From positions 1-64,000 of IMG/VR virus record IMGVR_UViG_3300009127_000250: a stretch of DNA of 64,000 bases. One strand, given 5' to 3'. Made by a program: the position numbers and the translations under genes. Positions within the stretch are counted from its first letter, which is position 1. Every line of letters begins with the position of its first letter. The notes beneath the pieces are model-generated. The model was not told the DNA's origin. It worked only from the letters and a program-made list of their open reading frames with translations, and did not search any database. Below are positions 29,760 to 38,940 of this stretch, piece by piece. The DNA comes from a virus.

Positions 29760-30304
29760 TCGGCCGGTCTAAAAACTGGCTGAAATACGTGGCCTTGATT
29801 TTATCTATCATGGGATTGGTCACATTCAGCCTCTTTATACTTGAAGAAAGCTTCCAAACCGTCATGTTCGGCACTTGGCCGGCCCAGGACGCCCAAAGGT
29901 GGGACATAGTTTACGATGGATGCAAGATGATGAAGCGAATCACTGGCACCATGAAGGTCGTAAACTACACTTTAGGCTGGATTCAGCCAATTGCCTTTAT
30001 ATCATACCAATCTTACGCCGAATCCGGCGATTATTACACCAGGGCTCTAAGAGCCAAGGTGCTTGCTCATTCGCCAAAGCAATTTGAGGGTGAGGAAATC
30101 ACCCTTACCTTCCGATATAATGAACTCAAGGCAATGCCAGACGGCTCCATATTGCTTATTAACGGAAAAAAGGGAATCCGAGTATGGACAAAACCCGAAA
30201 AATCCGTTGTAAGTGCCTCTGGGATTCTGACAAGGCATAAAAATCTGTTCATTATAGACAATCGGAAGGAAAATGGGCGCAATCCCGCCCGCCAAGTCCG
30301 GTAA
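29756..30304 (+). CDS. Membrane-anchored hypothetical protein
   Basis: N-terminal TM, coupled ORF. Confidence 0.6.
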   Translation: MIGRSKNWLKYVALILSIMGLVTFSLFILEESFQTVMFGTWPAQDAQRWDIVYDGCKMMKRITGTMKVVNYTLGWIQPIAFISYQSYAESGDYYTRALRAKVLAHSPKQFEGEEITLTFRYNELKAMPDGSILLINGKKGIRVWTKPEKSVVSASGILTRHKNLFIIDNRKENGRNPARQVR

Positions 30305-31166
30305 GAGTCCGGTTCAATCGGGATCATTGAGCAGAGCTTGGCTTCCACTATAACAATTTGGCCTATATGTTGCCGAGAGTGTGACACATAGGACTTCGTG
30401 AGGGGATTGCGGTGGCACCGGTATCGCCTCATGTATAAGTAGCAAGGCCAGCCACCTTGTTCCAAAACCGCCCAGCCCCTTTCGCTGTCGTGGCGGCATA
30501 TAAGTCCGGGTTAAACAGCATAAATTAAGCCCCTTCTCTCTAAGTTGGGGCTTTTTTTATGTTAGATTAGTGCGATCCCCTCCGGGTCGGTTGTCTTCCA
30601 GGCTCGCTGTTCGCTCGGTCCCAAGGGACTACACCTTCCAGCCCCCCTATCGCCTGACGCCCTCCGGTTGTCAAAAGGAACGCCGCAAGCGGCTTCTTTT
30701 CGCCCATTTCTGTAAGGCTTGGATTCGCGGAAGCTCTAAAAATCAAAATCAGACGAAAAAGATTTAAAGGAAACATCTGATTTTTATTTTATAGAGCTTC
30801 TTACGCGCCAAGCCTAACATAAATCGGCGACTCCTTGACAGATGCGGAGAGCATCCAAAAAAAGATTTTTGTTGTTCTTGGAGAAATCGCTCAGAACCTG
30901 TCAAGACCTGTTTGATCGGGAGTTTTTGGGCAAACTTTCAGGACGATAGAACTTTGAAAGTTTACCAAAAAACGAACGTTCCGACCAAACAGCGAGTCAG
31001 CAAAGCCCACGCCAGCAAGCTGTCATGTACTTTGCATGAGTCTTGACAGAACCCTCACGATTTCCCTTGGTGGAACCAAAAACTTTTTTTATTTTATTTG
31101 GCTGATTATAGTTTCCGCTTTTTGAAAAAAGCTTGGCAAAAACTTTAAGATTATAAGGGGGCTCTT

Positions 31167-31505
31167 ATGGTTATCGTCCACAATTATCGAAACGAGATTC
31201 CAAGTATTATGTGTGATTCTGATACTTGGGCTGAAACTGGAATTATGCAGTCTAAAGGAGCAATTCTCGGCAATCCGTTTTATAAAGAACCGAGAAATCA
31301 GGCTGTTAAGAAGTTTCGGTCTTATTTATGGGCTGAAATGCAAAAAATGGACAGTCTGATTAGGTTGGAACTCTACAGGCTTGCTGGAGAAATTAAAAAT
31401 GGAAAAACAGTGATTTTAACATGTTGCTGCGCTCCGAAAGCCTGTCATGGAGATGTTATTAAAAACGCTATCGAATGGATTAATTCCGAAAGGAGCGTAT
31501 CATGA
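31167..31505 (+). CDS. DUF4326 family protein
   Basis: LGNPF...L.C.CAPKACHGDVI. Confidence 0.8.
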   Translation: MVIVHNYRNEIPSIMCDSDTWAETGIMQSKGAILGNPFYKEPRNQAVKKFRSYLWAEMQKMDSLIRLELYRLAGEIKNGKTVILTCCCAPKACHGDVIKNAIEWINSERSVS

Positions 31506-31936
31506 ATAAATCAGGACGTAATTGGTTTAGTAATTTTTTGCCATTTGAAGAATCGTTAAAGTACCAAGGACTTTTCTTTGTAACGCCTGAACATTTCTAC
31601 CAGGCTATGAAAAGCAAGGACTTTAACGACCGGCATCACGTTAGCCTGGCACGAACACCTGGTCAAGCAAAGCGCCGAGGCAGGTCAATCAAGCTTCGCT
31701 CCGATTGGGAGCAAATTAAACAAGACGTTATGGAATATGCTTTGCGTTATAAGTTCCAAGCATCAACATGGCGCAAAAAATTGCTCGCTACCGGCAATGA
31801 TGAAATAATCGAATGGAATTATTGGCATGATAATATTTGGGGCAATTGCACCTGCAACAAATGCCAAAATATTAAAGGCCAGAATTTGCTTGGAAAGTTG
31901 CTTATGAAAATTCGGGCAGAATTAAATAAATCTTAA
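31502..31936 (+). CDS. NADAR family protein
   Basis: FSNF, EHFYQAMK, KF, LLATG, E..WHD..WG, G.NLLG..LM..R. Confidence 0.9.
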   Translation: MNKSGRNWFSNFLPFEESLKYQGLFFVTPEHFYQAMKSKDFNDRHHVSLARTPGQAKRRGRSIKLRSDWEQIKQDVMEYALRYKFQASTWRKKLLATGNDEIIEWNYWHDNIWGNCTCNKCQNIKGQNLLGKLLMKIRAELNKS

Positions 31937-32025
31937 ATTGTTCTTAAATTAAAACGCCCGTGGGCAACGCCGCAAACGAAACCCACGGGCAAATTGCAAC
32001 TCTCTCTGGTGAAAGGAGCAATATC

Positions 32026-33618
32026 ATGCGTAATACTGCAAAATCAATTTGGCGTCAAGCGTGGATCGATAAACACATTGCTATTCACACATCAGTCAAG
32101 TCTCATCTACCCGGCTGGCCAACTCCTAAAGAAATTCACTTCACCCAACCCAAATCTGAACTTGTCGAAAACATCGTCACCCATGAACGTGACGTTGACG
32201 TGTTCACCCACGATAATCGCTCTATGGATATCGTGGCCTTCTTGCCGCCTACGGAATACATCATTACAAGGTACAGCCCCGAAGGTAAAATCTGCGGTGT
32301 TGTCAAAGAACACACCGACGATCAGTACCAGCAGATTGCCGATGATCTGGCTGACCGGCCAGTTTACGATTTTGGCGAATGCTGGACAGCCGTTGGCGCT
32401 CACGTTACCGAAATGACCGGCCTTGATCGTATGATCTTCGAAGACGGCCACAACGGATCCGGCAAAGTCCAACGTCAAGGCATGAATATACCAATCGTTT
32501 CCAAGTGGCGCCGACCCGACTGGCTGCATTATAAATTCAAGGGCGCTGGCCTTGAAGTTACATTCGACCAGGCCGAAGATCTGATAGATTTTTGGAATAT
32601 CATCGATCCCGACTGTAGAATCTGGACGGATTTCTTCGTATGGACAGTCAAAGGCGGCATAGAACAAGCCCTTGACTACTTCGAAAATCTGGCCGGCTCA
32701 TTGGTTGATGATGAAGTCTGCATCAACGATAAGCCTATGAACAACGGTTCGCCCCACCAGGAAATAGGCGAAGGCGACTACGAGCAGGCCATGATCGCTG
32801 ATATCATAGAATCAGGCTCCATCGAAGATATCGGCACTTTCAAAACCTTCGATGAACTGGCTGATGCTTGGGACGCGTTGTTCGTTGACCACGAAGAATA
32901 CGCCGGAGAAAACTATCTTGATCACGAAATTGACGAAATCTTCGGTAAATTCACCTATGAAACAGAGTGCGGCCAACTTCGCCTTGATCGTGGGTTTGGT
33001 ACGCCGGATACGTTCAGGTACAACGTCATCAATGACGACCTGTACTGGCCTCAACATACACCGGCTGTTCTTGATGATGGTACACGCACATATCCCAAGC
33101 TCTGGTGGGCTTGGGGTTGTCCACGCTACGCCAAGATACGCCGCTTCATCGAGAATGCGAACCTTGCCCAGATAAACGCCATCCGTCGCAAAGCACATAA
33201 CAACTGTGACTGGATGAACTACTACCAACGCTCTATATTCTGGGGCGTTACCAAGCAACGCAAAAGCTACCTTGAAGGATGCAAGGCGATCTACGTACAA
33301 ACGTTGCTTGATAGTATTACGGCAGTTGAGAAACGCTCTCTGACCATGATGCGTAACACTAAAAGCATCAAGCAGGCTAAGTTCTATTGGTACTTGATCT
33401 ACTCAAACACAAAGAACCTTGGCCGCCCACGGTTTGTCGAGTACGTGCTCAAGCCTGAATTGAACAAACGTCAGCAGATGCTTGAAAAACTGCCGGACAT
33501 GACGCCGCCTGAACCGGAAATGCTCTTTGATAGCTACGATGATGCGTTCTACCATGAACACACTTACGAGGAGTTCGACGACTGGACGGTGCATGTGCCC
33601 AACGAACAAGTAATTTAG
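32026..33618 (+). CDS. Large hypothetical protein
   Basis: AAGGAG RBS, 530 aa ORF, no recognisable motif. Confidence 0.75.
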   Translation: MRNTAKSIWRQAWIDKHIAIHTSVKSHLPGWPTPKEIHFTQPKSELVENIVTHERDVDVFTHDNRSMDIVAFLPPTEYIITRYSPEGKICGVVKEHTDDQYQQIADDLADRPVYDFGECWTAVGAHVTEMTGLDRMIFEDGHNGSGKVQRQGMNIPIVSKWRRPDWLHYKFKGAGLEVTFDQAEDLIDFWNIIDPDCRIWTDFFVWTVKGGIEQALDYFENLAGSLVDDEVCINDKPMNNGSPHQEIGEGDYEQAMIADIIESGSIEDIGTFKTFDELADAWDALFVDHEEYAGENYLDHEIDEIFGKFTYETECGQLRLDRGFGTPDTFRYNVINDDLYWPQHTPAVLDDGTRTYPKLWWAWGCPRYAKIRRFIENANLAQINAIRRKAHNNCDWMNYYQRSIFWGVTKQRKSYLEGCKAIYVQTLLDSITAVEKRSLTMMRNTKSIKQAKFYWYLIYSNTKNLGRPRFVEYVLKPELNKRQQMLEKLPDMTPPEPEMLFDSYDDAFYHEHTYEEFDDWTVHVPNEQVI

Positions 33619-33622
33619 TTAC

Positions 33623-33656
33623 CAGGCCGGGACTCTACGGAGTCTCGGTCTTTTTC
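33623..33656 (+). terminator. Intrinsic terminator
   Basis: GGCCGGGACTC-tacg-GAGTCTCGGTC followed by T-run. Confidence 0.7.
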
Positions 33657-33810
33657 GCATTGATAAGGATGAACATCATGTTCATACTCAGGCCAATCTT
33701 ATGTGCAACGCATAGGTAGGCAGGAAGGGAAGGTATGTAGGCTGATTACATAGAGGTAGGACAGGTTGGACTTGTCTCTAAAATTTTACGAATTTCCGCA
33801 TTTTTATTTT

Positions 33811-34239
33811 TCAAATCGGACCTTTTAATTCCGGACATTTATCAATATTATTTTGTACCCAATCCATAATAACAGGGCTGATTCTTTTTAACCACCTATC
33901 AGTCTTATAATAACTAACAACCAAAGTCCCCTGATCTCCGTCATTTCTAATTTGAACAACGAATAATTCGCAAAAATCTGAGGAAACGGTAATATGTCCT
34001 TCTTTAATGTCTGGATAGAGGTTTCCGTCTACGTAGCTACCCGGGCGCAGCATTGGAATTGCTGATCGAGCAAAGCAATTTACGGTTTTTTCCAGCAGGT
34101 CACGATAAACGTTCTGGTAGTCTCCGGCCACTTTGAATTTACTAATATTGGGATTAGCGGAGCTTTGTTTTAATGTGCTGCTGCCGCATCCAGCTAAAAT
34201 TAACATCAACATAATTATTATAGTAGTAATTTTCCGCAT
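33811..34239 (-). CDS. Lipoprotein (moron-like)
   Basis: Lipobox LAGC; oriented opposite to neighbours. Confidence 0.75.
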   Translation of the reverse strand: MRKITTIIIMLMLILAGCGSSTLKQSSANPNISKFKVAGDYQNVYRDLLEKTVNCFARSAIPMLRPGSYVDGNLYPDIKEGHITVSSDFCELFVVQIRNDGDQGTLVVSYYKTDRWLKRISPVIMDWVQNNIDKCPELKGPI

Positions 34240-34405
34240 AAAATTCCTCCAAAGAATATTTTTATAAAAACCGATCATAAAAGTTATTAAGATGTCAAGG
34301 GAATTTTAAAAAATATTATAAAATTGTTATGAATATGAAAATAACACTTGCTTTTTTATAATTATTTGTTACTAATAGTAAGAATTACAAAAAGGAGATA
34401 TCTAA

Positions 34406-34651
34406 TTGAAAGATTTTTGGAGTACCCATCCAGGTCAAAGATTCCGCTCTATTTTAGAATCATCCCTACCTCTGATTGCTAACAGTCTGGCAGCAGTTGC
34501 TATCCATCTTGAAAAAAGTCCCAAGTCCCAAGTCCAAAATACACCGATCGTATTTAATAGTCAGGAAGAATTTGAAAAAGCGGTCAGGCTTGCCATAATG
34601 CAGGCTTATCGTGAAAATACCAATAATTTTCGCCAATATTTTAATTGTTGA
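34406..34651 (+). CDS. Hypothetical protein upstream of tas
   Basis: AAGGAG RBS with TTG start. Confidence 0.55.
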   Translation: MKDFWSTHPGQRFRSILESSLPLIANSLAAVAIHLEKSPKSQVQNTPIVFNSQEEFEKAVRLAIMQAYRENTNNFRQYFNC

Positions 34652-34695
34652 AAAAATTTTATTAACCATCTTACTGAAAGTAAGGAGAATTATTC

Positions 34696-35565
34696 ATGAA
34701 ACAGTATTTAAAGACTATGGTTCGGGGTTGTTATACCGTTCAGAAATTAAGAATTCAGACTGGCAATCGGTTGGTTGCCAACTTTAGGGCCAAGTTGGGT
34801 TTGGATCCGAGTCAGAAGGAAGATGAGCTTGACAAGGAAGGTAAGCGGATCATGGAAGACATTCGGGCTGCTTTTCGGAAGATTACTGACGGTGTTTTGA
34901 GTTTGCCGAACCGGAAGAAATTTAAGGCCGAGGGTGTTATTTCGTCATACACGGAATTTGCTTTGATTTCTCAGTACATTGGACTTGAGGAATCGGAGAA
35001 GCGTCATTTTAAGCAATTAGAGGGTATATTGGCTGAATTTCCGCTTTGGACGAAGTATTTGGAGTCGGTTAAGGGCGTGGGCCCCGCTATGGCCGGTGTG
35101 ATTATTTCGGAGATTGACATCGAAAAGGCGGAGTATCCGTCCTCACTGTGGAAGTATGCGGGTTTGGACGTTGCTGAGGACGGCAAGGGTCGGAGTAAGC
35201 GCAAGGAGCATCTTATTGAGGTTGAATATAAAGCTGCTGACGGGGAGGCCAAGCTTCGAAACAGCATAACGTTCAATCCGTTTTTAAAGACGAAGTTGCT
35301 TGGTGTTCTTGGGACTTCATTTTTGAGATTGGGGCCGGATCGGTCTAATTATGCCAAGACTTATTATGATTACAAGAATCGTCTTGAGAATCATCCGGAC
35401 CATCAAGAAAAGACCAAAATGCATCGTCATCGTATGGCTTTGCGGTATGCGGTGAAGCGTTTTCTTGTGGATCTGCATATTGCGTGGCGTGCGATTGAGG
35501 GTTTACCTGTTTCAGTTGAATACAGTGAGGCCAAGCTTGGCATGGAGCATAAGAAGGCTGCTTAA
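34696..35565 (+). CDS. TIGR-associated Nop-domain protein, TasA-like (IS110 C-terminal-like, no nuclease domain seen)
   Basis: Coiled coil, KGVGPAMAGVIISEI, SSLWKYAGL, FNPFLKT, H..ALR..VKRFL..L..WR..EGLP; directly followed by the array. Confidence 0.85.
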   Translation: MKQYLKTMVRGCYTVQKLRIQTGNRLVANFRAKLGLDPSQKEDELDKEGKRIMEDIRAAFRKITDGVLSLPNRKKFKAEGVISSYTEFALISQYIGLEESEKRHFKQLEGILAEFPLWTKYLESVKGVGPAMAGVIISEIDIEKAEYPSSLWKYAGLDVAEDGKGRSKRKEHLIEVEYKAADGEAKLRNSITFNPFLKTKLLGVLGTSFLRLGPDRSNYAKTYYDYKNRLENHPDHQEKTKMHRHRMALRYAVKRFLVDLHIAWRAIEGLPVSVEYSEAKLGMEHKKAA

Positions 35566-35992
35566 GTCCGTTAGTAACCCTAAGTGTCATAGCGAGTCAT
35601 TGGCATTAAGAAATCCAACATCTTGTAGCGAGTCATCGATATACAGAAACCCTGACATCTTTAGCGTACCGTCCCTGGCAAGAAAACCAGATTAAAGTAG
35701 TGGATCAGAAAGGGTTAGAAATCCAATAAGTTTGAAGTGTGCCAGAAAGGGGGAGAAACCCAATTTACCACAGCGAGTCTATGGAAAAATTAACCCAACA
35801 TAATTTAGCGAGTCATTTGGTGTAAGCAAACCAGCACAATATAGCGAGTCAGGAGGACAAAGAAATCCATTGTCAAATAGCGTGCCAGGAGGTGAGAGTA
35901 ATCCAGTCATTTGTTAGCGAATCAATCCTTACAAGAAATCCAACGAGCAGTAGTGGGTCAGAAAGAAGAAGAAAACCAATCTTGTTCAGCGA
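35564..35992 (+). ncRNA. TIGR array: 11 full units plus a partial leading unit, about 36-nt period
   Basis: Alternating AG(C/T)G(A/T/G)G(T/C)CA-like and AG(A/T/C)AA(T/C/A)CCA-like 9-mers separated by variable 8-10 nt spacers. Confidence 0.9.
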
Positions 35993-36036
35993 TTTTAAAG
36001 TAATTTTAGTTGTTCTTTTTAAATTATAGTTTATAT

Positions 36037-36110
36037 GGCGCGTTGGTGAAGCGGTCGAACACACCGGTCTTTCACGCCGGTATTCACGGGTTCAAATCCC
36101 GTACGCGTCA
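36037..36110 (+). tRNA. tRNA-Glu(TTC), CCA not encoded
   Basis: GGCGCGT/ACGCGTC stem, CTTTCAC loop, GGTTCAAATCC. Confidence 0.88.
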
Positions 36111-36274
36111 CTTTTGTTTTCTTTGGCCTAAGTGCTTTGACCTGATTGTGTCCAGACCATGAGGTACGGGGAGTTCGAAAAATTCGTTCAATGATCCTAT
36201 CAAGGAAGTGTGGCGAGAACAAAAGGGTGACACTCCGGAGAGACGGAGTTTTAGACCAAAGAAAACAGTTTTAT

Positions 36275-36353
36275 AGTCCAGTAGTGAAGTCTGGTCTATC
36301 ACGTCGGCCTGTCACGCCGAAGATCGCGGGTTCAAATCCCGTCTGGACTGCCA
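36275..36353 (+). tRNA. tRNA-Asp(GTC)
   Basis: AGTCCAG/CTGGACT stem, CTGTCAC loop, CCA. Confidence 0.92.
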
Positions 36354-36499
36354 GTTTGGGGAATGTGGATCGTCGTATCACGGGAGAACCGGCGTAGGGT
36401 GTGAAATAGCACTTACGGCTCCGGAACTGGCCTGTCGGTTGGGCTAAAACACCGACCTTCGACCCTGCCCCATTAAACAAACAAACAGGAGAAAAATAA

Positions 36500-36832
36500 A
36501 TGTTACATTATGAAGCAACGGGAAAAAAGCTAACATTAGCTAAAATTGCCAAAGTGGTAAATTGTATGGTGCTCGCAGAGTTTATGTTTGACCATCTCAA
36601 ATACAATTTCCAAGATGGCATATTACGTGCCAATAAGGCAATTGTAGTAGATTCTCAACTCATTTCTTATGCCGAAAAAGATCGGTACTTTATGGGGTTT
36701 TTACTTAAAGATGGATATCTCGGCCTAAAACAATCTAATTGCAATAAGTGTTTCGGACCATGTCCCCATGAGCTTGAATCTCACAGGGATAAGCTTGTCC
36801 ATTGGGCCAAGCAAATGCCAATAGCAGCTTAA
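36500..36832 (+). CDS. Hypothetical protein
   Basis: AGGAG RBS. Confidence 0.65.
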   Translation: MLHYEATGKKLTLAKIAKVVNCMVLAEFMFDHLKYNFQDGILRANKAIVVDSQLISYAEKDRYFMGFLLKDGYLGLKQSNCNKCFGPCPHELESHRDKLVHWAKQMPIAA

Positions 36833-36977
36833 TATCGATTTTAGATCTGGTTGATTTGTATTTCCAAATTGGTTCTGAAGGTCTTGAGTTAAAAATCAAA
36901 AACATCGGCAATTGCCCGTATGTGCCGACGTTTTTGTACCAAGCCGTACAACAATTTGCATACAGAGATACAAAATT

Positions 36978-37367
36978 ATGTATATCGAAAAAACACGAAT
37001 ATATTATAAAAGCACAGAGCAAAGAACTATGCCCGCCAGGTTTTTGATTCTGATCCAACACAAAGATAAACCTCTTGGCCCTGACAATTTTCGCGCAATA
37101 GTGCGCAAGGTTGCTTTGCACCAATTTGGTCATTTCATGATGGGAACTGCCAGGATTAAAGGCCATAGCATAACGCTCAGCGGTTCTTACGGCAGTGATG
37201 GATTGCCGCACACCACGGACATCGATGAAGTTTATAATGCTGCCATACCTGTTCCGAAAGAGCTTTATGATGCTTGGAGTGAAGGCGGCGGTCATAACAG
37301 TTGCGGAACCGAAGCCTGTGCTATGCGGGATTGGGCTTTAAAAAACATAAAGGAGCTAACGAAATAA
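36978..37367 (+). CDS. Hypothetical phage protein
   Basis: ORF track frame, internal ATG. Confidence 0.6.
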   Translation: MYIEKTRIYYKSTEQRTMPARFLILIQHKDKPLGPDNFRAIVRKVALHQFGHFMMGTARIKGHSITLSGSYGSDGLPHTTDIDEVYNAAIPVPKELYDAWSEGGGHNSCGTEACAMRDWALKNIKELTK

Positions 37368-37535
37368 TGGCTGAAATAACGGAAGTTTTAAACAAAGTGG
37401 ATAAGGCTTTGGCCGAAGGTCGGATTACAGTAGGGCAGGTTATTGATGCCGCCCCGCAGTCGGTCAAGAGGGAACTATTTAAAGTCCCCGTATTAAATTC
37501 CGATGATATGCCTAAATATGACGGAAAATTCGACA

Positions 37536-38312
37536 ATGGGTGAGCATATTGGCGATCTTATCGACAGAGTTTACGATCAAGAGCGTGACAGACGGATGAT
37601 GGAAGGAGTGGAAAATATGGTTATTGAAGCCGTTGAAACAGGATTTGACTGCCCTGTATGCAGTTGCCCGAACGAAAAATTAGAGTTTTACGATACCAAT
37701 GAGGCCGGGACTGGCGGTTGGTATCGTTGTCCGGAGTGTGGAAGAAACACTATCTGGAAGACCTTGAAAGCCGAAAGTGCTACTGATGTTTTGTCCATGT
37801 TCGCGGATCCGGAAGTTCTGGCAAAATATCAGGCTAAAAAGCAGGCCAGGTTCGATCAAATAGCTCAGGCTGAGCAAGATATTAAGGTTTTGCTTTGTAC
37901 TTTTATGAACGTCAAATGCGAAGCTGTTGAGCGTTATGTAGGCCTTAACACCAAAGATGGATTTCCGCAGTATTTCACCGATGCGGACATAGACGCCATT
38001 TTTGATTTTAATCGTGTCCAATTGTGGAAAATAGCCCATTTGTTTGAAAGTTCTCGAAACGACATATGGTCTTGTCCGTTCTGTCTCGCTTTTTCAACCC
38101 AAATTAGCCATGAAACCAAAGTGGTTTCAAAGAACTGCACTCGATGCACTTATGCGGCTACTCATAAGCCTTGCATGGAACATGATTCTACTTATGGAAA
38201 AATTCAGGACATTATCGGAGTACCAATTCTGGTCATTTTAGAAGAAATGGACGTTATACCTGAACTTGCAAAAATTACCAGCGCAATACGCCGCAAACTA
38301 ACGGAGATGTAA
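37536..38312 (+). CDS. Zn-ribbon/Cys-rich hypothetical protein
   Basis: CPVC, CPEC, CPFC, CTRC. Confidence 0.65.
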   Translation: MGEHIGDLIDRVYDQERDRRMMEGVENMVIEAVETGFDCPVCSCPNEKLEFYDTNEAGTGGWYRCPECGRNTIWKTLKAESATDVLSMFADPEVLAKYQAKKQARFDQIAQAEQDIKVLLCTFMNVKCEAVERYVGLNTKDGFPQYFTDADIDAIFDFNRVQLWKIAHLFESSRNDIWSCPFCLAFSTQISHETKVVSKNCTRCTYAATHKPCMEHDSTYGKIQDIIGVPILVILEEMDVIPELAKITSAIRRKLTEM

Positions 38313-38313
38313 T

Positions 38314-38940
38314 ATGCCAGAAAGTTCAATTGCCTTCGACCTTGATGGAGTTCTGATAGATATTGTTACACCGATCAAAAGGCTTCTATTAGAACTTTAT
38401 GATTTTGATTTACAGGATAACGACCCTGAATACGACCAATTCAATTTAGTCAAAGCAACCGGCATATCTTCCAAGAAGTTATGGGAGATATACCGGATGG
38501 TTTACACGGAAGTTAAAACTACACCTATTTACCCGGGCGCAACGGAACTTCTGGCCAAATTATATGAAAAGACCAACGAACCGCCGCTGATCGTCACGGC
38601 CAGGCCGCCGGATTCAGCCAGCCTGACTTATCAGATAGTCAAAAGGGTTGCCAAGAAAACGCCCTTTGCTGTCGTCTTAAAGCATCCCAGATGCCATAAG
38701 TCGCAACATTTATCCGGTTATTACTATTTTGTTGAAGATCGCAGACGGACGGCCTTGGAGCTTGCTGATTTAAACTTTGTTATTCCGTTAGTCCGGAAGA
38801 ATTACAATCCCATTCCGAACATCAAGAAATATCGGAATATTTTTTATATCGAGGGAGTGCATGAACTGATCCCTCATGTGGATGAGTTTACCAACAGGAA
38901 TAAATACTTTGATGTTAGCCTTTTTAAAAAATGTGCGTGA
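38314..38940 (+). CDS. HAD-family 5'(3')-nucleotidase-like protein
   Basis: FDLDGVL, VTAR, VEDR. Confidence 0.8.
   Translation: MPESSIAFDLDGVLIDIVTPIKRLLLELYDFDLQDNDPEYDQFNLVKATGISSKKLWEIYRMVYTEVKTTPIYPGATELLAKLYEKTNEPPLIVTARPPDSASLTYQIVKRVAKKTPFAVVLKHPRCHKSQHLSGYYYFVEDRRRTALELADLNFVIPLVRKNYNPIPNIKKYRNIFYIEGVHELIPHVDEFTNRNKYFDVSLFKKCA

Noticed and set aside
30991-31020. Lone AGCGAGTCA as a fourth TIGR unit
   Set aside because: No loop repeat in register 9 nt downstream
34696-35565. IS110 transposase
   Set aside because: No N-terminal DEDD RuvC domain; intact RBS and adjacent guide array favour Tas
35465-35695. 76-aa ORF over the array
   Set aside because: By-product of the 36-nt periodicity; no RBS and it overlaps tas
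35564-35992. CRISPR array
   Set aside because: Repeats and spacers are only about 9 nt with two alternating repeats, and there are no cas genes; the pattern fits TIGR
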